A stretch of DNA of 64,000 nucleotides, taken from assembly GCA_950097015.1 (NCBI GenBank), contig CATNEN010000038.1, forward strand, positions 15,686,001 through 15,750,000. The letters run 5' to 3'. The translations under genes were made by a program, and so were the position numbers. The notes below the pieces were generated by a model. That model had not been told where the DNA came from. It did no database searches and worked only from the letters and a program-made list of their open reading frames with translations. This DNA comes from Macrostomum hystrix. Taxonomy: Eukaryota; Animalia; Platyhelminthes. Positions 36,917 through 49,211 of the stretch are shown one piece after another; position 1 is the first letter of the stretch, and each line of letters opens with the position of its first letter.

Positions 36917-39042
36917 TCTTTGACATAGGCTGCAAGGATTTTGTTAAAAGGTTCGCACTAGTATTTGGGGGGAGATCAAATTAAATTTGATTTGCGAAAA
37001 AATACGCTTGTAGAATGCACCAAAAAACGTATCAAATTTAAATCTCTATAACAATATTTTAATCATTGTTAAGCCACGATAATAAACGTTTCGTCTTGTT
37101 CTGATTCGCTGCTGCGTTAAAATTTATACTTTATAAAACTAAATTATACTAATTCACCCAGGCGACTCTAGTTCGGTTTACTTTACTTTTACTTTAGTTT
37201 AAGCAAGAATCTAATGAATGTATGCGTGCATTATATGCTTCATATGTGCTCAGAATACAATTTCTGCATTTTTCAGTTTATCTAGGCGCTGCACTGCATC
37301 CATGGTTGCATGCATCGGAATGTAGATGCGTTTGGCCCAGACAAGAGGCCACTCTGATAGGAAATGTGTCCGAAAACGAGGAGATGAAAATGGACGGAGC
37401 TAACAAAAAATTCATTTGCTTAACTGCCTCATCTGCAAGTCAGTAAATAATTGCGTTCACCTTCCAGCACTGACCTGTGAGGATGCTGCTATCACTTAAC
37501 CAGATGGACCGATGAATTTCTCTGATGAAAAATACTGCTCAAATCGCCTTACTAAGTCCATCAGTGTGACGAAAATCAATCCATCAAACATGAAATTTTA
37601 AAAGCACGAAATATCAGGGCAGGTAAAGCTGATAGGTGAGCGCAAACAAAAGTATTATAAAACTTAATCTGACACTTGAAATCTGAAGATAAAAAACGTC
37701 AAAGAATTTCACACGACACGCTCTTTATTGTTAAAGCTTTTGATAAGCCCTTGTGTGACGCGGAATAGATGAATAGACACCATATTTGGATAATGCCGAC
37801 ATGCTAGCATCTGTAATACAGAATGATTGACAAATAGGTGATTAGCTACTAGATTATGTCAGCAATTGGGATTATTTTTCAGGTACGATCGCGAATTATT
37901 TTATCTATTACAAAGTGAACACCCTGCGCATTGCACTGGATGTAGCTTAAATGCTTACAGTTGTTAGTGCAATGCTTTTCTATTTATCCATAAATGTAAT
38001 CTACAAATTGCGTGCTGTTTTTTTTCATTTCGACTTTTTTCACAGGCACAAACTAATTTCATATGGACTGATTCGAAACAATTTGGCCAAGTAAATTCAG
38101 TAGGCTACAGACAATGGAGAGCTGAAGAAACTGACGTCTTTTATTTCAGTGCTAATCTACCAATTCTTAAACGGCAGTTCGACACATTAAAAGCCAGGGA
38201 TTTGGCAATTAGCAGTAGAAAGCCCACGAGAGGTATCTCAAATACCTACATTTTTCTGCATCTCGTAAAACATTCAACCAATCGCCACTAAAATCCAGAA
38301 CACACGCTAAGATTTTCCGCTTTATACGATGAAACAACTTCCAGGTTCTAAACATATCGGAATAGTCGAGATATTAAACGTTTCTCGTCGGGGTCTGGTC
38401 ATTTTTTTGGTCACAAAATATTATCATGTCTGCTATTATTGTGGAATTTATTTCATGGTTAGTTGGTTAGTTCATGGTAAAGGCCGGACAATTTTGATCT
38501 ATATCATGATGGAATTTCACGAAAATCAGTCATTTGGTTTGCGAGCCATCGTGAAGAAGGCATTGTTTTTTCAACCGACTGTTAAAAAGTTTTCTACTGT
38601 TAAAGGGTCAATAAATGACCCAAAGAAATGAATAAATGCTCAGCAACTTACCACAGAGTTACAATCTAACACTTTCTTTAGTTTGCCAGCAACAACAATT
38701 GAGGAGACAGGGCGCGACTCAACATGTTGGAGCATTCGCCTGATATTTAACTCATTTATTTATCTGGGAGCCCAGCGAATTTTTAGTAATACAATCAGGT
38801 GGGAAAATAGAAAAAAACACTGGCTTGGGAATGCAACGGAGCTGAGGCTTCGAGCAAAAAAAATAATAGAGGACCGAAAATTGAAGCATAAAGCGCTACA
38901 GCCAATGGCCTTACTCGCGACAAAATAAACCGTTTTTTATATCGTCGCAGTTAATTAAAGTTTCTGTAATTTAAAAGTTTTATCAATTGGTAGGAAACGA
39001 ACACCAACTAGACTTTAATTCTCGGTTTGTTGTTCGATTAGT

Positions 39043-39342
39043 TCAGGGCTGCTCGAACAGCGGCATCTTCATTAGAGACCCAATGTCCAGCTGGTCAATG
39101 TCGCTAGCGGCTTTGTGATGACGATCGCTAGTAGCAACAGCATCAGCGGCGAATGGCTGACGATGCTGCGGCTGATGCTGCGGCTGCTGCATGGTGTCCA
39201 TGAAGCGCTCCCAAAGAGTCTCCCACTGTTGATCGTTGAGTAGCGGCGCAGCGCGAGCACCGCCACTAGCTGGCATAGCCGGAGCTCCGTAAGCGGCCAC
39301 AACAACGGTAGCCAGTAGGCAGAAAGCGATGCTATTATGCAT
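39043..39342 (-). CDS. Small secreted protein / possible peptide precursor (99 aa)
   Basis: ATG start and a clear signal peptide (MHNSIAFCLLATVVVAAYG|AP). It forms a GC-rich coding island in AT-rich flanks, with a TATA box about 110 nt upstream. Confidence 0.72.
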   Translation of the reverse strand: MHNSIAFCLLATVVVAAYGAPAMPASGGARAAPLLNDQQWETLWERFMDTMQQPQHQPQHRQPFAADAVATSDRHHKAASDIDQLDIGSLMKMPLFEQP

Positions 39343-39451
39343 AGTTTCTCAAAGTCTTCGATAGTTTTATATCTTTTATTAATTTAATGTAAGCTTAGCT
39401 TAGGGTTGACTTGGTGGACTAAAATCTAACCTGGGCAACCGCTGCATGCTC

Positions 39452-39460
39452 TTTTTTATA
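39452..39460 (-). promoter_or_regulatory. TATA box (TATAAAAAA) of the secreted-protein gene
   Basis: The minus strand reads GAGTATAAAAAAGAG, 110 nt upstream of the ATG at 39342. Confidence 0.6.
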
Positions 39461-40054
39461 CTCGCGCTTACAAACTGTCCAGCCAACTAGGAGAGGGAAT
39501 GACAAACTACTGACTTCTTTAATCAACCAACCAATCTAGACTGGACTCTAAGAGGGCAGGAACAGTCTGGATGCGGATTGGATGGGCCAGACCTAGTATC
39601 AAGCTATCGTTACCAGAGAATTGGGCTCTTTCAAAAGCCCCTTCTTTAAATTATCATACAGATGCATATGATTGTGCATAAAATTTAATTTGTTTGTACG
39701 CTTGGGAATAGTCTTGAGGTGTTTAACTAGTTTTTCAGTACCCCATTAAAATGTGAAACTTCTTACAGTAATGACAGTACACTACTTAACATAAGTAGTA
39801 AGGAGAGTTTATCTTCTAGATATTTCTGCAAATTGTTGGTAAATACTAATCAGACCATTAATAATAATTTAACACTATCATTTGAAGGATAGGCCAGTCC
39901 CAGATAGCAAGTTAGGAAGTTAGTTTCATATATATGGTCTCAATTTTAGTTTACAGCTTGCAATAATTTTTTCTGCATTTGCAGAAAGGATTGGCAAGTA
40001 GCAACTTTAGTTGAGACTTGTGGTTCAAGTCTATTACAGAGACATACTCAAGAG

Positions 40055-40304
40055 CATACATGCGCAACCTCCCAAATCTTAGCCAGCCGTGCGACTTAGT
40101 TTTTGCTCTATTTACGAATTAGTTTGCTCTTATTTGCTCTCTTTTTCTCTCCCCTTTTTCCTTTTCTTCAAGCCTTCCTTTTTTGCCCCTTGGTCCCCCC
40201 TTTGATTTTTTGTGCTTGGTTGATTGGTTTTTGCGACTTACCTTGCTTGGCCCTCATTTCACCTGGCCAGTTCGGCCAGGTCAGCCGGGTGTTGCGCATG
40301 TATG
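40055..40304. mobile_element. hAT-type MITE (250 bp)
   Basis: Perfect 14-bp TIR CATACATGCGCAAC and an 8-bp TSD CTCAAGAG (40047-40054 and 40305-40312). Confidence 0.85.
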
Positions 40305-42228
40305 CTCAAGAGCTAGCCAAACACATCAATAACCACAGGGACTATCTACTAGAAGCAACAACTATAAAGACATATATAACTATAACTATAAGCCAACAAA
40401 CTTTTGCTTGTACTCATACAAACTTGTACACAAAACTGGCCTCTGCAAGTTTCTAAGTATAATTAAAACCAGTGTTTATTTTTAGTGCTATACATGAAAT
40501 AATAATTTGAAGGTGACTGTGCAAAAAAACTAAATTTCTCTAAGGTTAGGCCCTAGGCCTATTGCTGTTTACATTATACACAGCTTACTTTCTGTTTTCC
40601 TACTTAAATCTGTCTAAGTCATTGTCACCTGTGAAGGTTTTTAGCTTACTTTTAGCAATTAGAAATTCATTTACTAAGTGACTCGTTTTTAGATAGACCT
40701 TTAGACTATTCTACAGAACTATCATAGCAACTTTAATTAAAACATATCTAGAAATACAGCTCTGATGAGAATAAAAACCACCAGCTATAATACAGATTGA
40801 ATAATGATTTATTTGTCAACATACTTTTATTACACATAAGAGAATCTCCTAGACTGCCTAGATAGGCATACTTTAACTGGTATGATAACATAGACCAACT
40901 ATTGATCTAGGCCTCCTAATGTGTATCTGACTAGCATACATTAGACCTAATCTTAACATTGCTGCTATAATTATAATACTTAACATAGCAAGCATAGCTA
41001 ACCTGCAATTATAAAGAAAAATAAAAAACTTATCTTAATAGAGGGGCATTCTATATATGTATATCAAGTAAAGAAATGTTTATACCTGACAAAAACATTT
41101 TTAAAGTCAATAAATTAATCAACAAAACAAAGTCAACCATACTTTAGAAATGCAATATGATAGTTGATATGTATGCCCTACCAAAATTAATGAAGTCAAT
41201 GGTAGGGACTCAAGTGAGCAAAAAAACAGGAAAATGAAAAAAGATAAAAAAGCATGTTCTGATGAAAAAAAGAACACAAATTTTATGTTAAGAAAATAGA
41301 GCCTACTATCAATAGAAAGAAGAAAAAATTTACTTTACAACAAGTGTTTATATGCTACAATTAGTGCAAAAACAAAAAATGTTAATAGAAGTGTTAACCT
41401 AACCTCAGTGTTAACCTGAGTGTTAATAGAAGATATATATATTCCATAGTATACTTGTAGATAATGAAAAAATGAACTATGAGTATATGCTTTTAGAATT
41501 TTTTAAATCCATTAAAAAAACAAAAAAGTTATTGCAATTTTTATGTTTTCCAAGTCAAATCTATCCCATCATCTGGATCACAGCCCCTAATGGGAAAAAT
41601 ACATTGTGAAAACAACTAAGATGTTGATCAAAAATTGTTATAACTTTTTTATTACTTGACCAATTTTGATGAGTGAGGTGTCTTTTAACTCAGACAAGCA
41701 AGATCTGTAACACAAGAAAACCAAAAATATGGATTTTTTTAAATTTCTCACTTAAGCCCCTATTAATGGAGAAGATCTATAGTTAGGAACTGAGATTTAG
41801 ATTGAAGGTTGATTTCTCCACCTTAAATAGAGAAATGAACCAGAGTGAGGAAAGAGACTGCAGCCAGTGATGCTCACTTGTGAAAGCAAGTAATTACTTG
41901 TCTCTATATTTGGATGGCTTAGAATAATATAGAATTAGTAAAAGATAGGGCCTAACCAGGTTATGTAATAGGGGCAAACAAGGACAACACAATGACAAAG
42001 GGTAATGAGGGTAGAATTGGGAGAGTAAGCTAAAACTAGATTGAAAAGTAAGTCCTCAACCAGTAAAAGTCAGGGAACAGAGCCAACGAATTGAGAAAGA
42101 CAAGAATCCCACTAGTCGAATGCCTATAAATAAGAATAGCAATAGGCTTCCACAAAGCTAAAAAACACTTAAGGCCTAATATGAAACTGTCCTAGGACAA
42201 CTAAAAATTGTTTTTGAATACATACATA

Positions 42229-42871
42229 GGGTAATACATCATCAACCAAACAATGAATGTGTATTTTTTAACTTCACACCTAAGCTACAGATTTTCTATT
42301 TAAGATATGATGATAAATCAAAAGCCAAGTTATAGAAAACAGTTACATCTTTCTAAAAAGTATCTGCTTTTGCTATTTTATCAAATAGAAAAAAAGTTAT
42401 TCCTGCTTTTTATCTAAAACCGAACAATGATTTTCATGTATCTTCAAACCAAACAGAGAATTTGATGTTTGGTTTTACAATTTGAGTGAGTGGTTTAATC
42501 TTATTTTAAGGAGTGAACTATCATGAATTATATAATTTGAAAGCATTTTTAATGCTCTATAAATAACTACATTTATGGTCATTTAATTGGTAAGCAACCA
42601 TATACAATCTTTGTCTAAAGTACATACTGAAAAAATGTTGTTAAAAAGTATGCTTTTGCAATAAAAATTTCTACTGAAACATCAATATCTTTCTTTCCTC
42701 TTAATGCTTCATTGCACATCATGCCTCAGCTTGTAGATAATTTCTTCAACTTTCAAATTAGTTGTTCTGTGAAACACAATAGCTTGTTTCTGTTTTGCAC
42801 GAGACCAAGGAAAAAGTCAAAATTCTTGTTCGGTTTTGAAGATACACTGTTCGGTTGATGATACATTACCC
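42229..42871. mobile_element. MITE with 27-bp imperfect TIRs
   Basis: GGGTAATACATCATCAACCAAACAATG versus reverse-complemented GGGTAATGTATCATCAACCGAACAGTG, flanked by TA on both sides. Superfamily uncertain. Confidence 0.75.
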
Positions 42872-44104
42872 TAATAATGGCCAGTTAAGTCTAACAGAAA
42901 GTTGTCAAAACTCTAGTCAACTAGTCCTAGAGCCCTCATAATAAGTATTTGTGTCAGTGCCTATTTACAATTACATAAAATATATAACTACATATACTAA
43001 AATACTATGTGCATTATTATTACTGGCTACCTACCAGATAACAAATATAAGTGTGATAATTATGAAAATAAACTAACGGAAAAATCATTCCATATAATTT
43101 TTACAATTTTAATTAGTAATATTTTAATAAATTGATTATTTTAATAGGCCTATTTTAATTAAACTAGGGTAGGCCTATACAAATTCTTAATTAAGTATAG
43201 CCTATGGCTATAGTATAGGCCTAGTAAAATATTTAGTTAGCAGCTATGAGTATGAACATGACAATAGCAAAATCACAATTGTCGCGGAAGAGGTTGTCGC
43301 CAAAGTGATTACTCGATGAAGCAAACCGGATTCTAAAAAACACCGAAGCTAGGATAGGTAGGCCTCATTAAAATTTTGTGAATTGCTTCTTTGCTTGCAA
43401 TTGCAAAGAAAATGTGCTGGATTGTTAAACTAACTAATAAATTGCTAATTCGATTTTTAGTTTCTCCAAAAGTCAAGATTAAACACTCTAAGTAGACATG
43501 TACGATGTAGCTAGCTTACTTTTCTGTTATGTTACGAATGAGCACAGAGAGTTAATATGTGGAGCAGCGGGCGGGTGGTGGAGCGATTTTTTTCCTAGAA
43601 AGAAATCACACTTTTCAAAAAGTATGAAAATCTGATTTTTTGTACGAGACATAAAAATATTGCGTTTAAGCGTAATTTCGACGCTTCCTAGTTTTGGAAG
43701 TGGCCAGAGTCGTAAAATTATATTTTTATTGTAAATGCTTGTTAATATTTATATTTTTTTTCAAAATGCTTCTTACTACACTTAAGAGTTAAGACCCAGG
43801 TACTGGTCTTGTCCGGCCTGACTGAACACTTCTGAAGAACACTTTTTATTGTGGTCCCTTTCTTGAGAAAACATGATAATTATCAAGCCATACAGGCCTA
43901 GCCTTTTACAATATTCAAGAGAATAATCCCATTTCATGGCAAGAATAATTCCGATTCTAAAATAAAAGCTACGAGGAATTTTTATAAAGTTAGGCCTAAT
44001 GTTTATATTTTTTCAGATTTTTTTAACACGTACAGTCACAATTTTTTTGCTTATCTTATGTTATGAACAGGGTTTCAACTTTCAAACCTATATCTATTGT
44101 TGAC

Positions 44105-45326
44105 GGTAACAGGAAAATTCGGTAACAGACAATTCGGTAACAGACAGTTCGGTAGGCCTAACACCACAGGACAGTTCGGTAACACCACAGGACAGTTCGG
44201 TAACATATCAAGGGACAGTTCGGTAACAATTGATTAAACTGGATCGGAAGGGTTTTTTGCGAAATTATTTTATATTTAGTTCGGTAAAGTTACAAAGTAA
44301 AGTCAATAGCACTTCGAACCATATTTAGCTTTTCGAAATATGAGTATGAGGTTGCATTTTGCATGTTACATATTTCACATTTGGGCGTCAAATAAAAAAT
44401 AAAACGTTAAAACTAAAAACTAAAACTGAAACTTGCGAGTCAAGCAACAAGTCAAGCATCAACTGCAGTTGCTGCAGTTCATGTTGATGCTGATGCGGTT
44501 GCTGTTGCTGTTGCTGATGCTGAGGCTGTGGTTGTGGTTGCCGGCAGTTGTTGCATCTCCATTGAAAGCAATCAAGTTGCTGAAGGGCACGGTACTCCAG
44601 CTGGCTGATGCCACTGCCACAAGTGGGGTGTTGCCAGCAGTGACACTCATCACATTGTAGACCTTGTTGTAGCCTACGTACATCGTTGAAACAAACGATG
44701 CAGGCCGCGTGGTTCATGGTTCAACAATGTTACAATGTTTCTGATTCATGTTGACTGTTGAGGTATTTAATTGTGCTTTGTGACTGTCTACACTGTACTT
44801 CCCAACACTGTACTTGCCAATGCACATTACGTTCTTGCATTAGTCATATTTTAGCCCCATGTTCACCGTGCGGCTGTCCCCACAACCCTATTTTGCTCAC
44901 CCTCTGCCATCTTGTATATTCTTGTATATTGATATCAATGCTACAATAAATCGTATTTCAGCAGCCAACTAGCACACTTAAGGCCCATTCATACAGTCAT
45001 CAAGTGAGGCCAAATTTCGTGTTATCACACAATTTGCACTAATTTTTCATCCCTTTGTACATCCCTTTGAACAAGCCTTTACCCTACTTGCACACTCTAA
45101 ATGACGTGTCAGTTTCAGATACATCAGTAACATCAGTCAGTTGTGTCCTAGCAACGATAGTAGATACATTGTTAGAACAAACCTAGATTGATTTTATTGA
45201 CTTTCAATTGTTACCGAACTGTCCCCGGTGTGTTACCGAACTGTCTCCTGTATGTTACCAAACTGTCCTTGAGTGTTACCGAACTGTCTGTTACCAAACT
45301 GTCTGTTACCGAACTGTCCTGTATTC
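44105..45326. mobile_element. Non-autonomous Mutator-like (MULE, foldback-type TIR) element
   Basis: 9-bp TSD ATTGTTGAC (44096-44104 and 45327-45335). The roughly 120-bp ends are built from tandem GGACAGTTCGGTAACA subrepeats in inverted orientation. Confidence 0.88.
44388..44717 (-). CDS. PHD-finger ORF carried by the MULE-like element (probably a truncated transposase N-terminus)
   Basis: CIVC...GLQCDECHCWQHPTC...WRCNNC fits the C4HC3 PHD pattern and is followed by a poly-Q stretch. No transposase catalytic domain was seen. Confidence 0.65.
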   Translation of the reverse strand: MNHAACIVCFNDVRRLQQGLQCDECHCWQHPTCGSGISQLEYRALQQLDCFQWRCNNCRQPQPQPQHQQQQQQPHQHQHELQQLQLMLDLLLDSQVSVLVFSFNVLFFI

Positions 45327-45751
45327 ATTGTTGACTGCTTATGCATCGGCCTAGCTAACTATTATTTTACAAGCCAGCTAGGGCCTATTTGAAATATTTA
45401 TGATAGTTACTTTACTTATTTTGTATGCAAAAAACGAACACATGGCAGATTGAGAGAATTGACAACCTGACCCTTTACTTTATTGCTAATTGTTCCAAAC
45501 TCTGGGGCTTGCAACTGGGCAGCCATCCATTACTTATAGGCTTGTCTCAGACAGTCCCAATGTCAACAACTTTTTGCACTAGGGCCTATATTGCCTACTG
45601 TCTAATTGAAATTCAAAGACAGCCTTGCTGCCTTTCCCATTTTTAACATTTTCATTTTTTAATTATACTTCAAAGTTTAAAAAAAATTGTGTAATTTGTT
45701 TGAATAAGAGAAACAATAGGCCTAACTATACTTATTTCTATCAATGTCATA

Positions 45752-47123
45752 TTCCGGGTGTCCGGAAAGTTATGAGAAAACTACAAAAGGTTAATTATAA
45801 AAACGCGCAGAACAGTGAAACTTTACTAATCAGTAATGTAATTTCCCCTGAAGTCAATCACAGCTTGGCAGTGCTCCACGAGCCGTAGAACCTCGCGTTT
45901 CAAGCAGTTTGCATCCAGACCCCTCGCCCACTGCAACGCGGCCTCGCGGACCTCATCGTGGCTGCTGAACTCCCACTTCGAGAAGTCCGATTTCAGCCAA
46001 TTGAAGAAAAAACGGTCGCATAAATTGAAATCAGGGCTGTAGGGACTCTGAAAAAGCAGTTGAACTCCACGAGTCTCCATGTACTGCTGCACAGGCTGGG
46101 CCACATGAGGTCGTGCGTTGTCCCACTGCCACAAGACTTCGGACAGATGAATTGGCTGTGATCTGAGGCTCCGCCATAGGTCACCTGTGTGTCGAACGAA
46201 TTCAACGATGCGATTGGCATCAACAGTCTGCTTTGGCGCCGTTGACATGATAGAGAATCGCTTGCTTGGGGTGAAAGCGACTACCAGCATTGTCTTTGGG
46301 TCCCCGACTGAGTGTCTCAGAACTTGAGGTCGATGGTCGCCTTGACCCAGCCAGCACCGGTTGTTCTGCCGTGTACCAGTGTTTTTAAGGTACACCCACG
46401 TCTCATCCTCCACCACGTACTTGTTGCAGAAGCTGGTCATGCCCTCGGTATGAAAAATCCGACGTATTTGCTTGGCACAATTGACGCGAGCAACCTTGTT
46501 CTCCTCAGAGAGAACATGCGGGACCCACACAGCAGACACATTGCGAAGTTGCAGGTCTGCAGTCAATATTTCATGCACTGTTGATTTCCCAACCTCCATG
46601 AAGTCAGCAAGATCTCTGACATTCACTTTTGGGTCTTCTTTCACGAGATTTCTGCAGGTCTCGATCAGCTCTGGTGTTCTCGTCGATCTCGGCCGGCCAG
46701 TACGGGCAGCTTGGGCCAGTGGGTACAACTCGTCACGGAACCTTGTGTACCATTGGTACACTGACGACAGACCAGGCGCCACATCTCCATGCACTTTCAG
46801 CAGTTCTCCATGGCAATCAGGAGCAGATATACCAAGCTTATACCTGGTATAAGCATAAGCTTGAAACTCGTCCATCTCAAAGCAGCAGCAAGGATCAATG
46901 AAGAAAAAAGTAAAGATAGATGCTTGCTTTGCCTCTGCGTTGCAGTGGCCTAGACTTCTAAGTTATAACCATCAGCCTTACCCCCAAATTTGAAGCAAGA
47001 ATCTAGCTCTTTCAGCCATAGACATATATTAAGTCAAGTGTTAGAATGGTACAGTATCTTGTCAATAGCTTGTGTCTAAGTAGTTAGAATAACACATTCT
47101 CATGACTTTCCGGACACCCGAAG
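45752..47123 (-). mobile_element. Mariner (Tc1/mariner) DNA transposon, full length
   Basis: 27-bp TIRs TTCCGGGTGTCCGGAAAGTTATGAGAA / CTTCGGGTGTCCGGAAAGTCATGAGAA, TA TSD on both sides, and an internal transposase ORF. Confidence 0.95.
45826..46875 (-). CDS. Mariner DD34D transposase (349 aa)
   Basis: GRPR, WVPHVL, DETW, DNARPH and YSPDFNLCD motifs; 34 residues between the second and third catalytic Asp; uninterrupted ORF. Confidence 0.96.
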   Translation of the reverse strand: MDEFQAYAYTRYKLGISAPDCHGELLKVHGDVAPGLSSVYQWYTRFRDELYPLAQAARTGRPRSTRTPELIETCRNLVKEDPKVNVRDLADFMEVGKSTVHEILTADLQLRNVSAVWVPHVLSEENKVARVNCAKQIRRIFHTEGMTSFCNKYVVEDETWVYLKNTGTRQNNRCWLGQGDHRPQVLRHSVGDPKTMLVVAFTPSKRFSIMSTAPKQTVDANRIVEFVRHTGDLWRSLRSQPIHLSEVLWQWDNARPHVAQPVQQYMETRGVQLLFQSPYSPDFNLCDRFFFNWLKSDFSKWEFSSHDEVREAALQWARGLDANCLKREVLRLVEHCQAVIDFRGNYITD

Positions 47124-47311
47124 TATATAAATAGGCAGCATATATATTGGTATAACTTATTAAAAAGGTTGTTGTGGTAAATAGTTTTTATTATATCTTT
47201 TTCTACTTCCTACTATATAGTTTTCAATTCAGTGATTTAAAAAATTATGTATTAATTCTAGTTTGGATTCTTTGAAAGTGTTGCTTCAAATCTGAAACCA
47301 AAGGATTTTCA

Positions 47312-47735
47312 GCAAACTCTTAGTTTGCTTCGTTAAATTATTTTTACACTTAAAACCTTTTAAAAGTTAAAATAGTGAGCATAAATGTTAAAATGACAGG
47401 ATTAAAAGTTTTATAAAGGATGTAGTCAACAATCAATAGTAACTAATACCATTGAGGGATCGTGGGCACAAGTGAATTACAAGTTCCGAAGAAAGCATGG
47501 CACAAGTGACGCACTGTTCTAGACTCACTCACCTGAACAAGTAGGCCTATTTCTGGCGCTGCCTCTTCCCGGAGAAGACGTTTGGCAACTTCCTCTACTG
47601 GGTTGCCCATTACTATTGATTATTGTCTACATCCTTTTAAAACTTTTAACTCATTTTAACTTCCATGCGTGCCATTTCAAAATTTAGAAGGTTTTAAGTG
47701 TAAAAATTATTTAATGCAGCTAACTAGGAGTTTCC
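47312..47735. mobile_element. MULE-type MITE with long imperfect TIRs
   Basis: About 130-bp imperfect inverted repeats (TTTTTACACTTAAAACCTT...AAAGGATGTAG.CAA.AATCAATAGTAA) and a 10-bp TSD AGGATTTTCA (47302-47311 and 47736-47745). Confidence 0.82.
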
Positions 47736-48992
47736 AGGATTTTCAAGAGGCAAAAATGTATTTTTGGTGATTTTTTACTTTTGCACATTTAATTCTTTTC
47801 TTGGAAGTAACAAAAATCTGTTTATCATTATTAGGTCTATTGTATTCTTAGTTAATAAAAAATCAAGAAAATAGCTTGATGAAATGTGAACCATAGTGAC
47901 AGTTTCATGCCTATGTTCCATAGACTAAAATTGGCAAAAAGTGCTTTCATAGAGCTATCTTGTTTTGCCAACTGAGTGACTCAAATCCCCATTTTGTACC
48001 ATAGACTAGTTGTCAACTCTAACTTGTTTGTATCTTTGCTTAATAAAAATGGAGTGGTATATTGCTATAAGAATGGCTCAGGATTGAGATACAGCATGGG
48101 GTGTCTATATAAAAATGTTAGATGGTAAGGGTGAAGGGACATGTATAAATTTGACTTAAAGGCACTTATGACTTATGATAATTTTGTACAAAGCTAAGGC
48201 ATGTTATCTAGTGTTTCATCTAGCTGTTTTCTTTCTTGTTTGTTAAAATGTTGGGAAATTTTTTTGAGAAAAAAATGCTATATTTTTGTGAATATCTATG
48301 AGTGTACAAGTATTCTGTTTTAGCAACGCGAATTATCACTTTAAAAAAATGAGTGGCATTTTTTGTACATTCTGTGACTTCTTTTTACAGTTTTCTTTTT
48401 GTAGCTACTTTAAAACTGGGGCTGCAATCATGAGTCATTTCACTATGGAACTCATCTTTGCTTGTGTTACACTTACAGTTTTTGGACAAATGGTACAAAC
48501 ACTTTGTATGCAAAGTATTACACTCTACACATCTACAGTTGTTTTAACTTATACTATATTAAAACTCTTGAACCACTTACAATTGTGTTTTGTTTCTTTG
48601 ACTAGCACCAAGCAGTAACTAAAAGAAACTGTTGACATTTGCTGCAAAGGTTTAACTGGTGGTTCATATAGCCATTTGTTTGCATTTGTGGTTGGAACTG
48701 CATAGGGAATGTATATTTTACTTGGACCATGTTTTGGACATTAGCAACTAACTGCTTCTGGTGTAGGTTGAGTATGTTTTATGAGGCTCCTTGTTGGTAC
48801 AAATAGTATGGAGCCAAAGAAACTCTGTACACTAGAGTTCTCAATAATCCTCCAGCTTCATAGAATAGCCAATATTTACCCAATCTTTCCGACCATGACA
48901 AGCATCTCAATGCACCTAAATTTCTACCCAACCTAATACTACGAAGCCCTAAACATTTATAAGTAAATCTTGTGTCTTGCTAGATTGATAAA

Positions 48993-49211
48993 CAGGGGCA
49001 GGGGGGCTTTGAAAGAAACTAAAAGATGCTATTCATGGATTTATGGCGCTCCTGAAGCAATGACTGGTGCCCCTAATAGGATCATTCGCGCCTCTAATGT
49101 GGTTGTTGGCACCCCTGATGGGGTGGTTGGCGCGCCTGATGAGGTGGGGGCACCCTATTGGCGCCCCCCTGACAATCCGCCACCCAAACTGAATTCCTGT
49201 ATCCGCCACTG
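48993..49211. mobile_element. Degenerate hAT-like MITE
   Basis: Ends CAGGGGC...GTATCCGCCACTG, flanks TTGATAAA/TTGACAAG (6/8 match) and internal GGCGCCCCTGA repeats. Confidence 0.45.

Noticed and set aside
43655-43692. Helitron-like 3' end (weak hairpin followed by CTAGT)
   Set aside because: The hairpin is AT-rich and imperfect, and no 5' end or coding remnant was identified.
45993-46901. Small ORFs overlapping the mariner transposase
   Set aside because: These are alternative-frame or antisense shadows with no recognisable motifs.
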